Assembly: GCA_964016885.1 (NCBI GenBank)
Contig: OZ024749.1
Location: 48,422,001 to 48,486,000, forward strand
DNA: 64,000 nt
Reading direction: 5' to 3'
DNA from: Eledone cirrhosa
Taxonomy: Eukaryota
The position numbers were made by a program, and so were the translations under genes. A model generated the notes under the pieces. The model did no database searches. It was not told the origin of the DNA and saw only the letters and a program-made list of their open reading frames with translations. This document shows positions 15,933-30,520 of this stretch, piece by piece (positions within the stretch are counted from its first letter, which is position 1; each line of letters opens with the position of its first letter).

Positions 15933-15939
<7 letters not shown>
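15500..15939 (-). mobile_element. Family B (TA)n-embedded fold-back element with PLE-type minimal hammerhead motif
   Basis: 191-bp near-perfect arms 15540-15730 and 15749-15939 with an 18-bp spacer. Arm motif CCCT CTGAAGA AGAGAT ATT ATCTC GAAA ATTAGGG (15782-15817) followed by AATAAA. Unpaired tail 15500-15539 ends ACCTCCTCC+(TA)n on the minus strand. Confidence 0.8.
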
Positions 15940-16004
<65 letters not shown>

Positions 16005-16542
16005 GTACTTTGCTTTGCTTCATATATAATTATCTAATACATCATTCTATTTATTATTAGGATATAATATTGATAATTATATAGTACATATATATCTATC
16101 ATTTAACGTAATATTTTCGTAATGAATGACCTGATATTTACCAACTCTTATTGATAGTTAATTATATGAGACACACATACTGTGCATGGTAAAGGAGGGA
16201 TCGGATATTTCGATGGTGTTTAGAATTTCTTGTACTATGAACGAATTATATATACACAATACATCACAACCAAACGTAATAGTTTGAGTCTTGTCGTGAC
16301 AAAGATTTTGAAACATGACAAAATGTAATATTTTTACTTTTAGTTCACCGGCAAGATGGAACCTTCGATCTGAGATTAAAAGAAATGATATAGAGATATG
16401 TTAGTGAGGAGAGCCTAAGGCAATCAAGAATTGTTATTTCAGTATCGTGACGTAATAATTAGGAAGTTAAAAACACCATTCGTGAATAGCTAAATATGTG
16501 TTCATGCACTACACAAACTCATAACCCCAGTAACCCCCCTCT

Positions 16543-16602
<60 letters not shown>

Positions 16603-16888
16603 GGAGGGGTTGTGGATGTGTGCATATGTGTGTTTGTGTGTACAATAGTGCCTTGTACACAAAGCTTCATACATACACAGAGAGAAGAACGAGTAACAAG
16701 GAAGTAGATATTCGAATGATCGTTCGTTTATGCATTTGTATGTGCCAGTATACTATGTCCGGGATTTGAAATTTGGTAACTTGCATATACAAAATATATT
16801 CTAGCATTTCTAAAAAGACATAGCAAATTTAAAAACAATTTGTTTTCGCTTTAATATGGTGGCTACGTAATTGTATTCGTGTGTGAAC

Positions 16889-17057
16889 AATAATAATTGT
16901 TTCTACTTTTGGCACAAGGCCAGCAATTATAGTACTACATTACTGGTACTTTATTTTACCGACCCCATAATTATGAAAGGCAAAGTTAATCTCGTTGGGA
17001 TTTGAACGCCGAGCGTAAAGGGACATAACTCTATGCTCGAAAGCGTTGTGTCTGAAC
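16889..17057 (-). mobile_element. tRNA-derived Meta-domain-type SINE, 5' truncated
   Basis: B-box GTTCAAATCC on the minus strand plus the shared body. Possible TSD TGAACAATAAT at both ends. Confidence 0.85.
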
Positions 17058-18944
17058 AATAATGATATTATAGTAATATTACAAATATTCGTATTCTTTC
17101 AAAAACTCTCTAGTTTTCTGCTATCTTAAATTAATAGTAAATAATATCCATATGTGATATGTTGAAATTAGTCCAGTACTAATACAACTGTTCTCGTTTT
17201 GTATTAAGTGTATTATTTATTTGCAATTGTACGTGTATAGCAATATATATAATTTTAAAATATATAATTATATTTCAAGTAATACTGAACAAATGCAAAC
17301 CTACGTATCACTCACTGTATTCCATAGGAAATTAATTTACCGCATTATAAGTTCTATTTTCCCTCTGTGAATGTGTATTGACATAAAATATAATATAAAT
17401 CAATGTTTAAGAAAAATATTTCTCTTCCGCAATTTTTTTAAACGACTTCATTTTACAATATTCTACATTTAAGCTATTTTTTCCTGAAAAGAAAAAAAAT
17501 GCAAAAGCTGTAATAAAATAAAAAAAAAATATTCATTTTTTTTTTAAATATTGATGTCACATTCGCAACAGTGGTAATTAAAAAAAACTCAAGAGAGACG
17601 CCATTGTATTAATATTCTACTTTGCAGAAACAATGAACTGTAGCTTCCCGGAACTAACATTCTCATTGACAGTGTGATCACAGATTCAAATTATTCGCAT
17701 TGCGTGATTCTAACTGAATGTAATCAAGAAGAAGCGGAGAAGAAAAAAATGAGGTAGAAAAATGCAATGACTAAATAACTCATTATTTGATTAAGGATTG
17801 TTCCAGGGAAGCATGGTCATGTTTATTTTGTGTTTGTTCTTATAATTTATTTTCTTTACTTGATACATGAATAGTTATTAAGCATCGAATCTCAAACAGA
17901 AGACTATAATTACTGGACAATTATGAACTAGAGTAAGCATGAGAAAAGAGGGGGATTTGTGTGAATAAAGAAAGATGCTGTATAGTCGAATTGCTCTTAA
18001 ACAGAATATTAACTGACAAAATACAAATGTGCCATTTATTTGTTAAAAAGCTCATAAGGTGAATTTGTCATTTTCATGAAATATAATGAATGGCAATAGT
18101 AATGGTTTTCGATGATAACGGTTTGTTTGTGGCTTGGAATACACAAATAAAGCAAAAACATAGTTCCAGAGTACGCTAATTCGTTTGTAATCTGATTTAT
18201 TCAAGTGGAAGTACAATTAATTTGAAATGTAAGCTTCTATCCAAATACAGCTATATTCACAAACACTCCAACACACACAAAAGTACATCTCACCCAGTTA
18301 AATAAAAAGTATTTAAACTGTACCTGGAAACCCAAGACTTTCAGCGAAATATACTTTAAATTGTAACGCATCGTCTTAAATGTGTAAGTTCACAGGCAAT
18401 GAAACATACAAAGAAAAGGCTGAAAAGTTCTAAAAGTTAGTGTCATATACAAAATGCTAACATTGACCGGTGGGAAAGCAATTTAGAAGCAACTCTTTTG
18501 ACCGGTTGCACTTAGCAATTTGAAATATTCATATGTCAAGCGCTAATACGTTAAGAAAGGATGTAGTCGCTGCTTGTTCCAAAAAAAGGATGCCCACTAT
18601 TGGAAAGACTTTAACCATTGGGCCGCTCAAGAGCCGATAGATGAGTATTTCATTTTTCTACCAGGATATGTCATAGCTGACTCTTTAATATATACTATAA
18701 TTTCCAGGAAGCAATGTAATGATCAAATTAAGGAAAATTACTTTTGTAGGATAGCACTCTACTACTTCTTTATAGTATTGGGATGTGTCCATATAAAACA
18801 TCAGCATTCTTCCCTTTCTGTTCATAGTTATTTGTAGGTATGTGTATCATCTCTCAAATTTTCTCTCTATCAGTAAATCCATCTGTCTTTCTTTATATAT
18901 CCCCCCTCTCTCTCTCTCTCTATTTCTCTCTTCTCGCTACACAG

Positions 18945-18978
<34 letters not shown>

Positions 18979-19461
18979 GAACCTAACAATACCTATGCAA
19001 GAACATCATCATACATGTTCGTTTGATGATGTGTTCATTTTAGAATGAATTTGTTTGTTGCATGGCTAGGAAAAAGTACTTAATTCAACTCTTCTCTAGG
19101 GTATAATTTAATTAATATTGATTTCTATACATAGGTGGAATACGGGCGAAACGACATAGTTTACAATTTAGTTCCATCTGATATCTATTTACGTGTCTCT
19201 ACATTTTGATTCCATCCCACCCTGGTTCCTATTTTACCTTTCATTTCTCCAGCGATGATAAATTTGCATAACTTACTGGTTTGATTGATGCAAAGAAACA
19301 TAGGTAATTATAGTAGTATCGGTTAAGTCAGAAAAATATAAATCGATAATTCGTTTCTCCCATTACATAGAGAATAAATATGTTTTATTTCATAGGTATT
19401 ATAATATGAAAAACACAAACACAAGCACACATGTATACATACACACACAGACACACAGACA

Positions 19462-19557
<96 letters not shown>

Positions 19558-20312
19558 TATAGATATATTTGTGTATGTGCGTGTGTGTGTCTCTATATAT
19601 ATAAATATATATATAGATTATATATATATATATAAGGAGACAGAGACACAGAGAGAAAAAGTGAGTGTGGTAGAGAATGAATACAGCTAAATTGTGTAAA
19701 GACTGAACAAAAGGAAGATTAGAGATGTGATATACAGCAAATAAATACATATTAGAGATACGTGATACGAAACAAATAGGGCTACGATTGCAATGGCCAG
19801 GATAAATATAAGATGTTTGGTAAGGCTTTAATCGTTTGAGAATGAAGAGTAATAAACTGATGTTGTACGAGTTTATTCGGAATTATATAATTTGAAATGC
19901 TGCTAAATGCCAAATAGTTCATTGATGTCAACGATTGAAGGTTTTATCAATAAGAAATACTAACTTTTTGGACATTAAGCTGGAACAAATTGGGTAATTT
20001 GTTTGGGATTTTAGTGGAGAATAAAGCAAACATTTTACTGTGATATTCGTTCAGAAAAGAGATAACTAGTATTAAATGAACGAGTAATTTGATATAATAT
20101 GCACTTTGTGGCATGACAAAATATATATGAGTAGCAGGAAACGAATCTGTTAAACATCAAAGAAACACGAAACTAATCCCTTGACTATTCACTCTAAGAA
20201 CCTCTAAATGTGGCATCGCTCTTTGAAATACTGATGAGTAATATTCTCTCAAAAATGTTTGCCAACTTCCCCAATATATGAAACGAGGATGAAACTATAT
20301 ATATATATATAT

Positions 20313-20408
<96 letters not shown>

Positions 20409-21579
20409 GAGTGTGTGTGTGTGTGTGATTGTGATTGCGTGTTTATGTATATATATATACACACACAAATAAAGCGGGATTTTCCGCTACAAGTAAGGAT
20501 TGCTCATTTTAGTATTTGATTTCATTTTGGCTGTGCTATGTATTTTTCTTAACTATTTACAGTTGTTTAAAAATCAATGTTTTCTACATTTGACTGAGCA
20601 TGAATAAAGTATGTGTTTACATTTCTATATTTTTTATCAGTCTTTCACAAACAAGATGCAATCAGCCGCACACTGTACAACTTATATACTTCATTATAAA
20701 CAGAACAGACCTAATGGAAACGCCTAAGAAAAATATCATTTATAATTGCCATTCGTAGTATAACATATAGTTTCTCGAAAATAAATGGCAGACATCCAAA
20801 AACATTAAAATCTTTTCCAGGCCGCCATTCTAACCGAGAGGAAAATGTTCGCCAACTGCTTTTACATTTTCTCTCGTGGGCTATTCTGTCACAAATGTCA
20901 GCTTAGAAAAACAAATGTATCAGAAGTATTAAAATAAACCAATCTGAATACGATGCAACAAAAACAATCACGTTAGGCTATACTATGATTAGTTTCTACG
21001 CTGTGTAATCAGAAGGTCAGTAATTTTATAGGCAAGGTTCCACATATATTGTTAAAGCACTTCTTTTCATTGTATATAGGTGTGTATTTGTATGTGTTTA
21101 TGTATTTGCGTAGGTGTTTTTATCTTTAACTGTATGGGTATGTGCCGATTCTATGTGTATGTATGTAAGTTAAGATGTGTAAAAGCACTTGTGTTAATAT
21201 AGCATGACTTACTAGAGCTTATAGTTGAAACATCAATGATATAAGTTTCTGAGACAGATCTACACAATTTTATATTTGTGTTTCTACAGACATACTGGTT
21301 ATGAAATTATAGAATCTGCACCTCACTAATGATCATTAGAATTTGCTAGTCGTTAGCACAGTGATGAGTGGTATTCTCTGTGGCTAAATACCTCGGCAGA
21401 AAGCAAATTAGTAATCAGCTACCGGTGAAAGATATCCTCAACCTAGTTTTCGTTTTCATGGTGTTATCCATTTTCACACCCTAAAGCTCTAAAGGCATGT
21501 TTTGCGTTTCTTAATCGTATGTTTCACTATGTATATATGTGTGTGTTCATGTGTATTAAAATATCGATGCATAAATACA

Positions 21580-21648
<69 letters not shown>

Positions 21649-21652
<4 letters not shown>

Positions 21653-21748
21653 CGAAACATAAGTCAATTGCATGAACTCATAATCCTGTATTTACTCCTA
21701 TATATATTTCGATGAAAGTCATTGAATGACTATGACCTCATCAGTGTG

Positions 21749-21750
<2 letters not shown>
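21649..21750 (-). ncRNA. Minimal type-I hammerhead candidate in a ~100-bp (TA)n-flanked element
   Basis: Minus strand: CTGATGA GGTCATAGTCATTCAATGACTTTCATC GAAA TATATA TA. Intact core, helix II hairpin AGTCAT/ATGACT closed by G-C, palindromic helix III. Helix I pairs poorly. Confidence 0.5.
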
Positions 21751-21812
<62 letters not shown>

Positions 21813-21814
<2 letters not shown>

Positions 21815-22015
21815 CGAAGGAAATGTGGTAAGGAACCAGGTGGACCATAACGCACCAAAGTACTCAATACTTGAGGTAGTAGAGTGGGTAATAGGAACCA
21901 GTAAGACCCCGACAGCTGAGCTCAAGCCGTTTCGACGGCTAATTCTGGACCAGAATTCTGGTCCAGAATTAGCCGTCGAAACGGCTTGAGCTCAGCTGTC
22001 GGGGTCTTACTGGTT

Positions 22016-22020
<5 letters not shown>
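21813..22020 (-). mobile_element. Family E (TA)n-embedded element with perfect 130-bp palindrome
   Basis: 21891-22020 is a perfect palindrome centred at 21955/21956. Each arm holds the hammerhead 3' half GAAA CGGC TTGAGCTCA GCTG TC GGGGTC. Tail 21813-21890 has GTACTCAATAC (21860-21870). Confidence 0.85.
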
Positions 22021-22095
<75 letters not shown>

Positions 22096-23671
22096 CAAAC
22101 TCATACGCGCGCGCATATATGTATATATATGATTACACGGATAACTAACTTTTCTTTGTAAGTCATTTACCGGTTCAATACTGGTAAGTTAGAGAAGGAA
22201 ATGACCTCAGAGAGTACGTGCTATTATTTAATACCAAACAGTCTGCAATAAATCCAGCAAAAAAAAAAGAACTGATAAACTTTTGTCAAGATAATCGTGA
22301 CACGTATAAATCATTGACATCGTATATATTGCAATGACTTTAGCAGATGGCTTTCTGTCTTTTTTTAATTTATTTATTAATGTAAATTCAAGGGAAAGGC
22401 CAGGTACATGAGGTTTATAGAAACAGTAATGAGGTTATGCAAGTTGAATTCACGCTCAGATTTCTTGTTACATCATGAAGTCTGCTAAATACGTGTCATT
22501 TACATACGACCGAGTAACGTTGAGAAGGATTTGAGCTCTGAAATTTAGATGACATAATGCCGCAAGCATGTCGTCCACAACTGTAAATATTCACTGGTTG
22601 TACGAAGAGGGCTTTCAGCGAAATGAGGAAAGTTCAACTTCAACAAGGAGTATGTACAATCACATTCTGCAAGTCTTTTTCTTTCCCACGTTAACATCAC
22701 TGCATCAATTCACTACTAGAAGCCAAGAAATATGTAATTGGCGAGACACTTGCTCTTCTACCATAAAAAAATGATGGTATTCATTTAAAACTCAGAAATA
22801 TGTTATAGCAATTATAATATAAACACTGACGTGACAGCACAAAACTACTTTGGCATTATTGCTAATGTTTCCCGTATATAAACACATATTCATGTCTGTC
22901 GAGCAGAGAACTTCTAGGAAGGTGACGCATTTGCTAGGAAAGCACCCAAATATCCATTTAAACACAGCCTTTTAAGAATATTCGCTGATTAATATGGTAA
23001 CGGGCGGAATTCCCTAAGCTGCTATACATTTTACTATAAGGTTTGATCAATTGAGACATGAGACAAAAGCAAATGACAAGAAAATAAAGGTAACATTTGT
23101 GTACACATGTATATGCGTTGCATTCCTGCTACGGTGAATCGTTGAATCTTTGTGTATGGATATGTGTATATTTTCCGGCATATGTAGGTGTTGTTTGTGT
23201 CGGTGTGTGTTTATGAGTGGAGTGTGTAGGCATATGTATATGGATGGGGTTATTGGCAATTATATTTAATGGTACTCTTTCGTAAACAAATTATAAACAT
23301 CATTCAGTAATCTTCGTATTTAAATCCCTTACGTCTAAAATTCTCTTAAGAATAATAATTCAATTCCAGCTTTGCATCTCACTCTCTCTATCTATTCATC
23401 TCTCTATCTATCTATATGTATTGCATGAACATGTTAAGTTGATGTTAGCGAGTGATCACGGGAGAGAGATTGAATTCTGAACATATACACAAAGAGATAC
23501 ATAGAAAGAAAGAGGCAGAATCAGAGCCATTGATAGAGGTACCGGGGGAAAGATTTAAAATGATTGAGAGAGAAAAAAGAGAGAAACAATTAAAGAGTGT
23601 GAGAAAGAATTTGACAGAGACAAGGCCAGGCGGCAAGAAAGAGAGGTAATAGGAAGAAGACGAAGTAGAAG

Positions 23672-23772
<101 letters not shown>

Positions 23773-24616
23773 CCTGAATGGAGATAGAAACGTTTAACTG
23801 GTAAAGAGAAAAATACTTTGAATGAGGCATTGCGAGTGTCACATATTGTTAGAAGGTTAAATAAAGAGAGGAGATTTTGTGCAACGATTGTAAGAATATA
23901 TTAGTTCATTGGTATTACACATTTCTAATATTCGCAACGGAAATAATGATGATTGTTTAAATTCATTGTTGATATAAATGCAATAATATGAGGTTGTTCG
24001 TACAGATTCTCTAGCTTAATACCAGATCTCAGTGGATGATGAATTATTAAATAGAACTATGAGGCCAATGCTACAAGTTCAACTTGTTTAATGTTTAATC
24101 TGAATGGGTGATATAGCATTGAATATTTTGTGTAAGTTTTTTTCTACATTTTTGGAAAAATTAATTTAATAATTAATCATCTCTCGAGATAACATCAATC
24201 TCATAATATTCTAAACACACGAATGCTTCATTCAGCTATATGGGAGAGTTGGTGCAAATATGTTGAATATTCAATTATTTGCATTGTGAAATATTGCGAT
24301 TCATACCATAACTCTACACGAATGTTTCAGTCGATTGAGCAATACCTTTTGTCTTTATTTAATTAGTGATTTTAAAAATTGTTTGCCCTCTAAAATGTTC
24401 ACGAGTGTTGCTGATGTTCCTTTATTAAGCCCAAATCATGCATTAGTCGAAAGGAGCTACGATCAAAGAGGTGACCTAACTGTACTTTTTATATTTCTAT
24501 ATTAAAAAGGTTCGGTGTGATTTTAGGAACTATTGGTTACTATTTCAAGAAGGTTGGCTAATCACACACACACACCCGCGCGCACACACCACACACACAC
24601 ACACACATATATATAT

Positions 24617-24790
24617 GGAGATCCCAAAGAAAATCAGGGGATATCAAATTAAATAAGATACTCAATACTTTAATAGCGTTTAAACAACATTGCTTAATAT
24701 AGAACTTTTTAATTTGGATGAGATCAACAATAATGACCTGATGAGTTCATACGAAAGAATCAGTTACAATACTGTAGAAGCCATTTATAT
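24617..24790. mobile_element. Diverged family D element: tail on minus strand, hammerhead on plus strand
   Basis: GATACTCAATAC at 24657-24668. CTGATGA GTTCATACGAAA GAAT CAG TTACAATA CTG TA GAAGCC at 24738-24782 (GAAA changed to GAAT). TA-rich flanks. Confidence 0.6.
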
Positions 24791-25531
24791 ATGAAATATT
24801 TATATATATATATATATATGGTTATATATACAAGTGGGTGTAAGTGTTTGTGTACGATTGTGCGTATTTGTGCCCATATATGAATAGATTATTTTTGATT
24901 AGTAGGGAAGTCTTTACATTTTACGCTTACAAATATATTACAAAGAAAGGAAGTAGCGGGAAACAGGAAGATGTACATAAACCAAGCAACTATATAATGC
25001 AGTTAAACAATATATCTTGATCACGATCCGGTAACATTCTTCTTTTGTGAACAAAATCTCATTACTTTTATTCATAGCAGCGACTACTGATAAGATGATG
25101 TGAGTGGGATTTTATTGCACATTTTTTTCTACAAATATAATATACATTAATCACGGTTAAATAACCATTCGTATTTCTCCGTAAACTAATCTTTAAACTA
25201 AATATGTCTTGGATATTATCCTACATAATTTAGTTAACATCCTTAGTGTTTAGATTGTTTGTTGATGTTTGTAAGGTTTTGTTTGTGTGCATATCCTTTC
25301 TCTAGTTCTCTATATATTTATTTCATTCTTTCCTTTCATTTCTCTTTGATTTGATTTTAATTAATCTCTTTCAATAACTCCTCACCGTTTACGGATAACC
25401 ATTTGTTGGGACAGATTCTGGAATGTTATTAAAATAGTACTGTATTTCCTTCTAATTGATTTTCTTTATTAACGCATTTCTTTTCTTCCTTTATTTGTTC
25501 ATGTTTATGTTGTGTTTGTCGCTGTTGCTGA

Positions 25532-25611
25532 TCTTCTTCTTCTTCTTCTTCTTCTTCTTCTTCTTCTTCTTCTTCTTCTTCTGACTTCATCATCGGCATC
25601 ATCATCATCAT
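25532..25611. repeat. (CTT)n followed by (CAT)n microsatellite
   Basis: Direct reading. Gives the poly-Glu/poly-Leu ORFs. Confidence 0.95.
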
Positions 25612-26281
25612 GGTCATCAATATCATCCGGCTTCTTTATGTCAATTCATTTCAGATTACTCAATGTTCAGTCGATAAAGATAATTACTAAAGATTAATGA
25701 TCGTTCTTCCTCTCAACTTCATTTATTTATGTGGACATCCGCCATTTTCTCCATCCACGTCTCGGCTCATACGTTAACATTAGCAGCACTAACTATCTAG
25801 TATAAGATGTAGGTATCTAAGTCGTTTTATATGCGAAACGTAACTCAGATCATGCAAATCATATAATTAAAATCACACCAGCAGAGGCCATCTTGTATTT
25901 CATGTTTATAGACTAAGAATATGTAGAAATACAGAATGCCTTGTATCCTAAATTTGATTAAGACATTACCTGGTCATTTATTGCAGATTTAGCTGCTATT
26001 TCATAGCTTCTCAAATTGGATGTCTAGCAATTGAATATATAAGCTACGTTTGAGGTTTTCTATAATTTAAACCGAAGAAGTTTCCTTTTAATAGACCTGT
26101 ATAATATGTTAAATACATGTTCAAACAATATTATATGAAGTTGAATGTTTATACATGTATGTATCTAAAATAGTGCAGTTCATTTTATGTCAAAGGGACT
26201 ATAAGTATATTAGGTATCAGCTGTTTTGATATATTGAAAATGTGATAATTTGTGATTACTTCTAGACACACACACACACAT

Positions 26282-26367
<86 letters not shown>

Positions 26368-26433
26368 CCATATGGGGAGAAAGAGAGAGAGAGATAGAGA
26401 AAGGGGAAGAAAGGGCGAGACTTACAGAAGATA

Positions 26434-26512
<79 letters not shown>

Positions 26513-26649
26513 CTGTGTGTGTCTGTGTGTGTGCGTGCGTGTTTATATGCACATGTATGTATGTATAGGGTGCATCTCTCTCTCTCTCGCTTTCATTTTT
26601 CTCCCACTCTCCCTCTTTATCTCTCGCTGTCTATTTATTTCTCTCTATT

Positions 26650-26684
<35 letters not shown>

Positions 26685-29600
26685 TACAGACTATACACAT
26701 ATATGTATATAAAGACATACAACAGACCGCAACATATGTATGAGTATAAATATGTGTTTAAGAGTGCGAGTATGCGTGTTCGTGTGTGTATATACGATTG
26801 TGTCATTGGAGAATCATTCAATAAATAGTTTTGCGTGTATAACTGTTAGTAGATATATGGTGGTTCTCACATTCATCTCTCAAAATTCACTGATATATAA
26901 TTGTTTGGTTGTCAATGTATACGCGGGTGTGTATGGTTGTGTATGTGTGTGCATGTGTATAATTCTGAGTAATGAACTTCTGATTCACCATCTCTTTATT
27001 TTACATTTTCTATTTCTATTCCGAATAGCGAAAATCCAGATAGTGAACAAAAGTAAATGAGAATAAAAAAGAAAGAAAGAAAGACCTAGTTCTGCTGAGC
27101 TGGTTTTACCATTCATTAATAATTTTGATGTTTTCAGTGGCTTGTTTCATATTATTCTATGGTGCTGTATTTTACAGTTGTCTTTTAAACTTTCATCTTA
27201 CATTTTATATGATTTCATAAAATTTTCTATAATCTTTTATTATAGCGCTCGCTCTTTTTATTCATCACCGTGTGTCGCTTTGTGATATTTTCATATGTTT
27301 TTTTAGTATCAAATATTATCATTCTGACTTGCTTTTATTCAAATGGATTTTGAGGCTTATGGTTCTGATGTTCAAGTTATTCCTAGTTATGTTATTGATG
27401 CTTATGATTTAAATTGAAATAATTATTCCGCTAGAGTTATTTTATACATCAGATGTTATTGCAAGTGATCACACTAATTCATTTTTGCCTGTATCACTCT
27501 CACATTCTACATCTCTCAATATTATATATGTGTAGATATGTGGAGTGGTGATATGTATATATAAACGCATTCTTTGTTTTTACATTCTCTTTCTTTATTA
27601 CGTTCTGTCTGTGTTTCATTCATTCTCCAGTCCCCCCTCTCTCTCTCGCACACTCTTTCAGTTTCCCTCTGTATTTTCTTTTAAACGTGGATCTTAATAT
27701 CATAAGTGTTTTCCAGGATTCTTCATTGGAATATATGCCGTAGCTCTAATAAATTGCAACATGTATCAAATGAACAACACTAACCATTAATTACTTGCTA
27801 CATACACATACTTGTTCATGCATAATTTTCCACCAGGAGCATACCATTATATATAATACATATATATGTGTGTGTGTGTGTATGTGGCTGTGTGGGTGTG
27901 TGGTTGTGTGTGTGTGAACTGCATCGAGTATATATGTGTGTTAGATGTGTATCTTGTTGCATTGCAGACGTATGAAACAAGTTTCAACTATGACATGTAT
28001 GTAACTAATAAATCAAACTGTACGTGTCTTGCACTTTTAGATTATCAATGATAAGTTTGGCATTTTATTTTATTTTTCTATCTTAATATTGATGTTATCG
28101 AAATACATTGTTCCAGAAGCTTATTTATAGGATATAATTTCTTGAAAATAGAAGCAGAATTTCTATTTTGAAAGTTTATATATTTCAGAATTCCTGAATC
28201 CGACAGATAATTATCAATACCAACAAGTGAAGCAGCAATAACAGCAATATAAGTGCCAACCTATCAGTAAAAGCGAAATCTATCTGATCAGTTAAACTAA
28301 TATTTCGAAAAATTCTTCAACAATATTCCTAATTATACTATTGATTAACTTGTTCCGTAGCAGTGTCCATTTCAGTGGGAAGCATTTTTCTTTAGATATA
28401 AGCTATATTACGTCGTTACTGGCATTGTAAATATCGGAGGGGTGACTCCGTGGTAATATTTTCGATTGTGGTGTAAGATATTTTAGCCACATTTTTCTGT
28501 TCCATTCTCTTCATAGCCAATATAATTATTGACACTCAAACCTAATTCCTGTGTGTTCATAATATTGTTATGGCTGGATAACGTCTCTAGTTTGTACAGG
28601 TTCTACATTTTATAACATTATTAATATAACAATTATTATACGTGGCCTTTACCAAACATATAATTAAGCACAATATTAAGTGTTGCTTAAACTGATCATA
28701 TTATGTGGGGTTTCGTACTTTTAACGATCCTTTTAGGCTGAAGGGCAACAAACTTCGACGGGATTTGAAGTATGAACGGAAAGGGACGTATATATGCAGC
28801 AAAGCATTTTCTTCGTCCTTCTATGGGTACTGCGAATCCTATGTTTGTAATAATAAAGGTTTCAATTTTAAATTGGCATACTAATATATTCATCATCAGA
28901 AGAAATGTTGATATGACAAATTTCATTTTCTTTAATAAATGACAAATATGGCACACTGCTTTTCTCATTCTATGTTTGACTTACAACTACATATTAGGTA
29001 AGCAAATTCGTGAAACTAATTTTACATAACATAATGTATATAACGTTTGCTAATATGGTGGACATTTATGTTCATCTTATCCGACGTAAGCAGTTTTATA
29101 CATACGTGCGTCCAAAATAGATTCTTCAGCAATACACACTTGACGTAAATTCCATTATAAAATACTATGACTTACTGTCATACAAAGCAATCAGCTAAGC
29201 GAATAGTATGCATTCAGCGGAATTCTGAAAGGTTGGTTTCTATGGTCGTATTTAATTCTAAATATAATTTATTGACTGCCTTTAGAGATCATTGTAATAT
29301 ACCCTTATATGACATTTATACCCTTTTCCAGTTAAAGAAGGAGAAACATATTTCTTCTTTGTGCAGAGTGGAGGTGAAATATATGCTATTCAGCCTATGT
29401 GAAAGAATTTCCCCCAAAGACGTGACATATTCAGGAACAACTCTACTACGCTATGTCCCAGAAGTCGTGACTCATCAAAGTTGCATTCCAAACATTTAGA
29501 TTATAGATAAACATGAAATGGTTGTATTCCACGGCATCAGCAACTACTCTATTTACTTTTTTGTGTGGAGGAGGAATGATATAATTTAAAGTTGAATTTA

Positions 29601-30255
29601 AACCACTGAACCGGAGGATTCTGGCAGTTTCAAAGCGATTTTCTGTCAGACTTGTTTCAAATTAGCACACTCTAAACTTCGCACCAGTAAACACAGTTAA
29701 ATTGATATCGCAGTATCAGTGGCATCTACGCCATTCGTTTGATAGGGACTATACAGATCATAGTGATTTTCCTATTGTGTCTCAAAATAATTAATTAAAA
29801 ATGATATTACTTTATTATCAGTTCGTCATTTCTTAATGTAATTGTAGTTGTTATGAATAATTGCGCCCTTCAAAGAGATGTCGGGAACATCTACAGCCTC
29901 TGTTGTCTTAGACTTATTAGGGATGAAATTCTTGAATCAACATTTTCCAAATATTCATGTTCACGTATAATGCCGTTTTGTCCACGTAGACTGGGAATAT
30001 TTGACACACTTCATATTATTTTCAATAATTTATAAAGTTAAATGAACAGATTCTGATAGCAGGTGAGGCAAAATAAATGAATGCTACTAGTTTATTCAAC
30101 GGATTTTGTTTCATTCTATTGGATATTATGTGCGTGTAAAATATCATTAAGTAGTTATACAAACATAACACTTCTAACATCCAGTTGTCGACAATGCAAA
30201 CACACAAACACAAACATATACACACATACATACATGCATACATACATACATATAT

Positions 30256-30298
<43 letters not shown>

Positions 30299-30302
<4 letters not shown>

Positions 30303-30520
30303 AGGCGTGTGGTTGAGTTGTTAGAGAATTGGATTCGCAATCGTAAGGTTGTGAGTTCGATTCCTGGACCAGGCGATGCGTTATGTCCTTGAGCAGGACA
30401 CTTTATTTCACGTTGCTCCTTCTACCTGGAGTTGCGACCGATAGGTAGTATTAGCAATTGCAAAGACCAACGGAAACATTGTTCCCTCGGTCCGATTTGA
30501 CGAAAGTCGATCGTTCCTTT
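30299..30520 (+). mobile_element. tRNA-derived SINE with CORE/V-like central motif
   Basis: Pol III A-box-like TGGTTGAGTTG and B-box GTTCGATTCC, followed by GCGTTATGTCCTTGAGCAGGACACTT. Bounded by (TA)n. Confidence 0.75.

Noticed and set aside
20232-20270. CTGATGAGTAATATTCTCTCAAAAATG resembling the family B hammerhead
   Set aside because: No GAAA, no helix I and no supporting family homology.
25386-25417. Minus-strand 32-nt exon-like segment reading ICPNKWLSVNG (C-type-lectin-like start)
   Set aside because: Too short, weak acceptor and no partner exons found.
28696-28968. ORF with faint Helitron helicase C-terminal resemblance (YIRPFPFILQIPSKFVALQ)
   Set aside because: Similarity is too weak to call without a profile search.
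30299-30380. tRNA gene
   Set aside because: A/B boxes are present but the cloverleaf is degenerate and runs into a SINE body.
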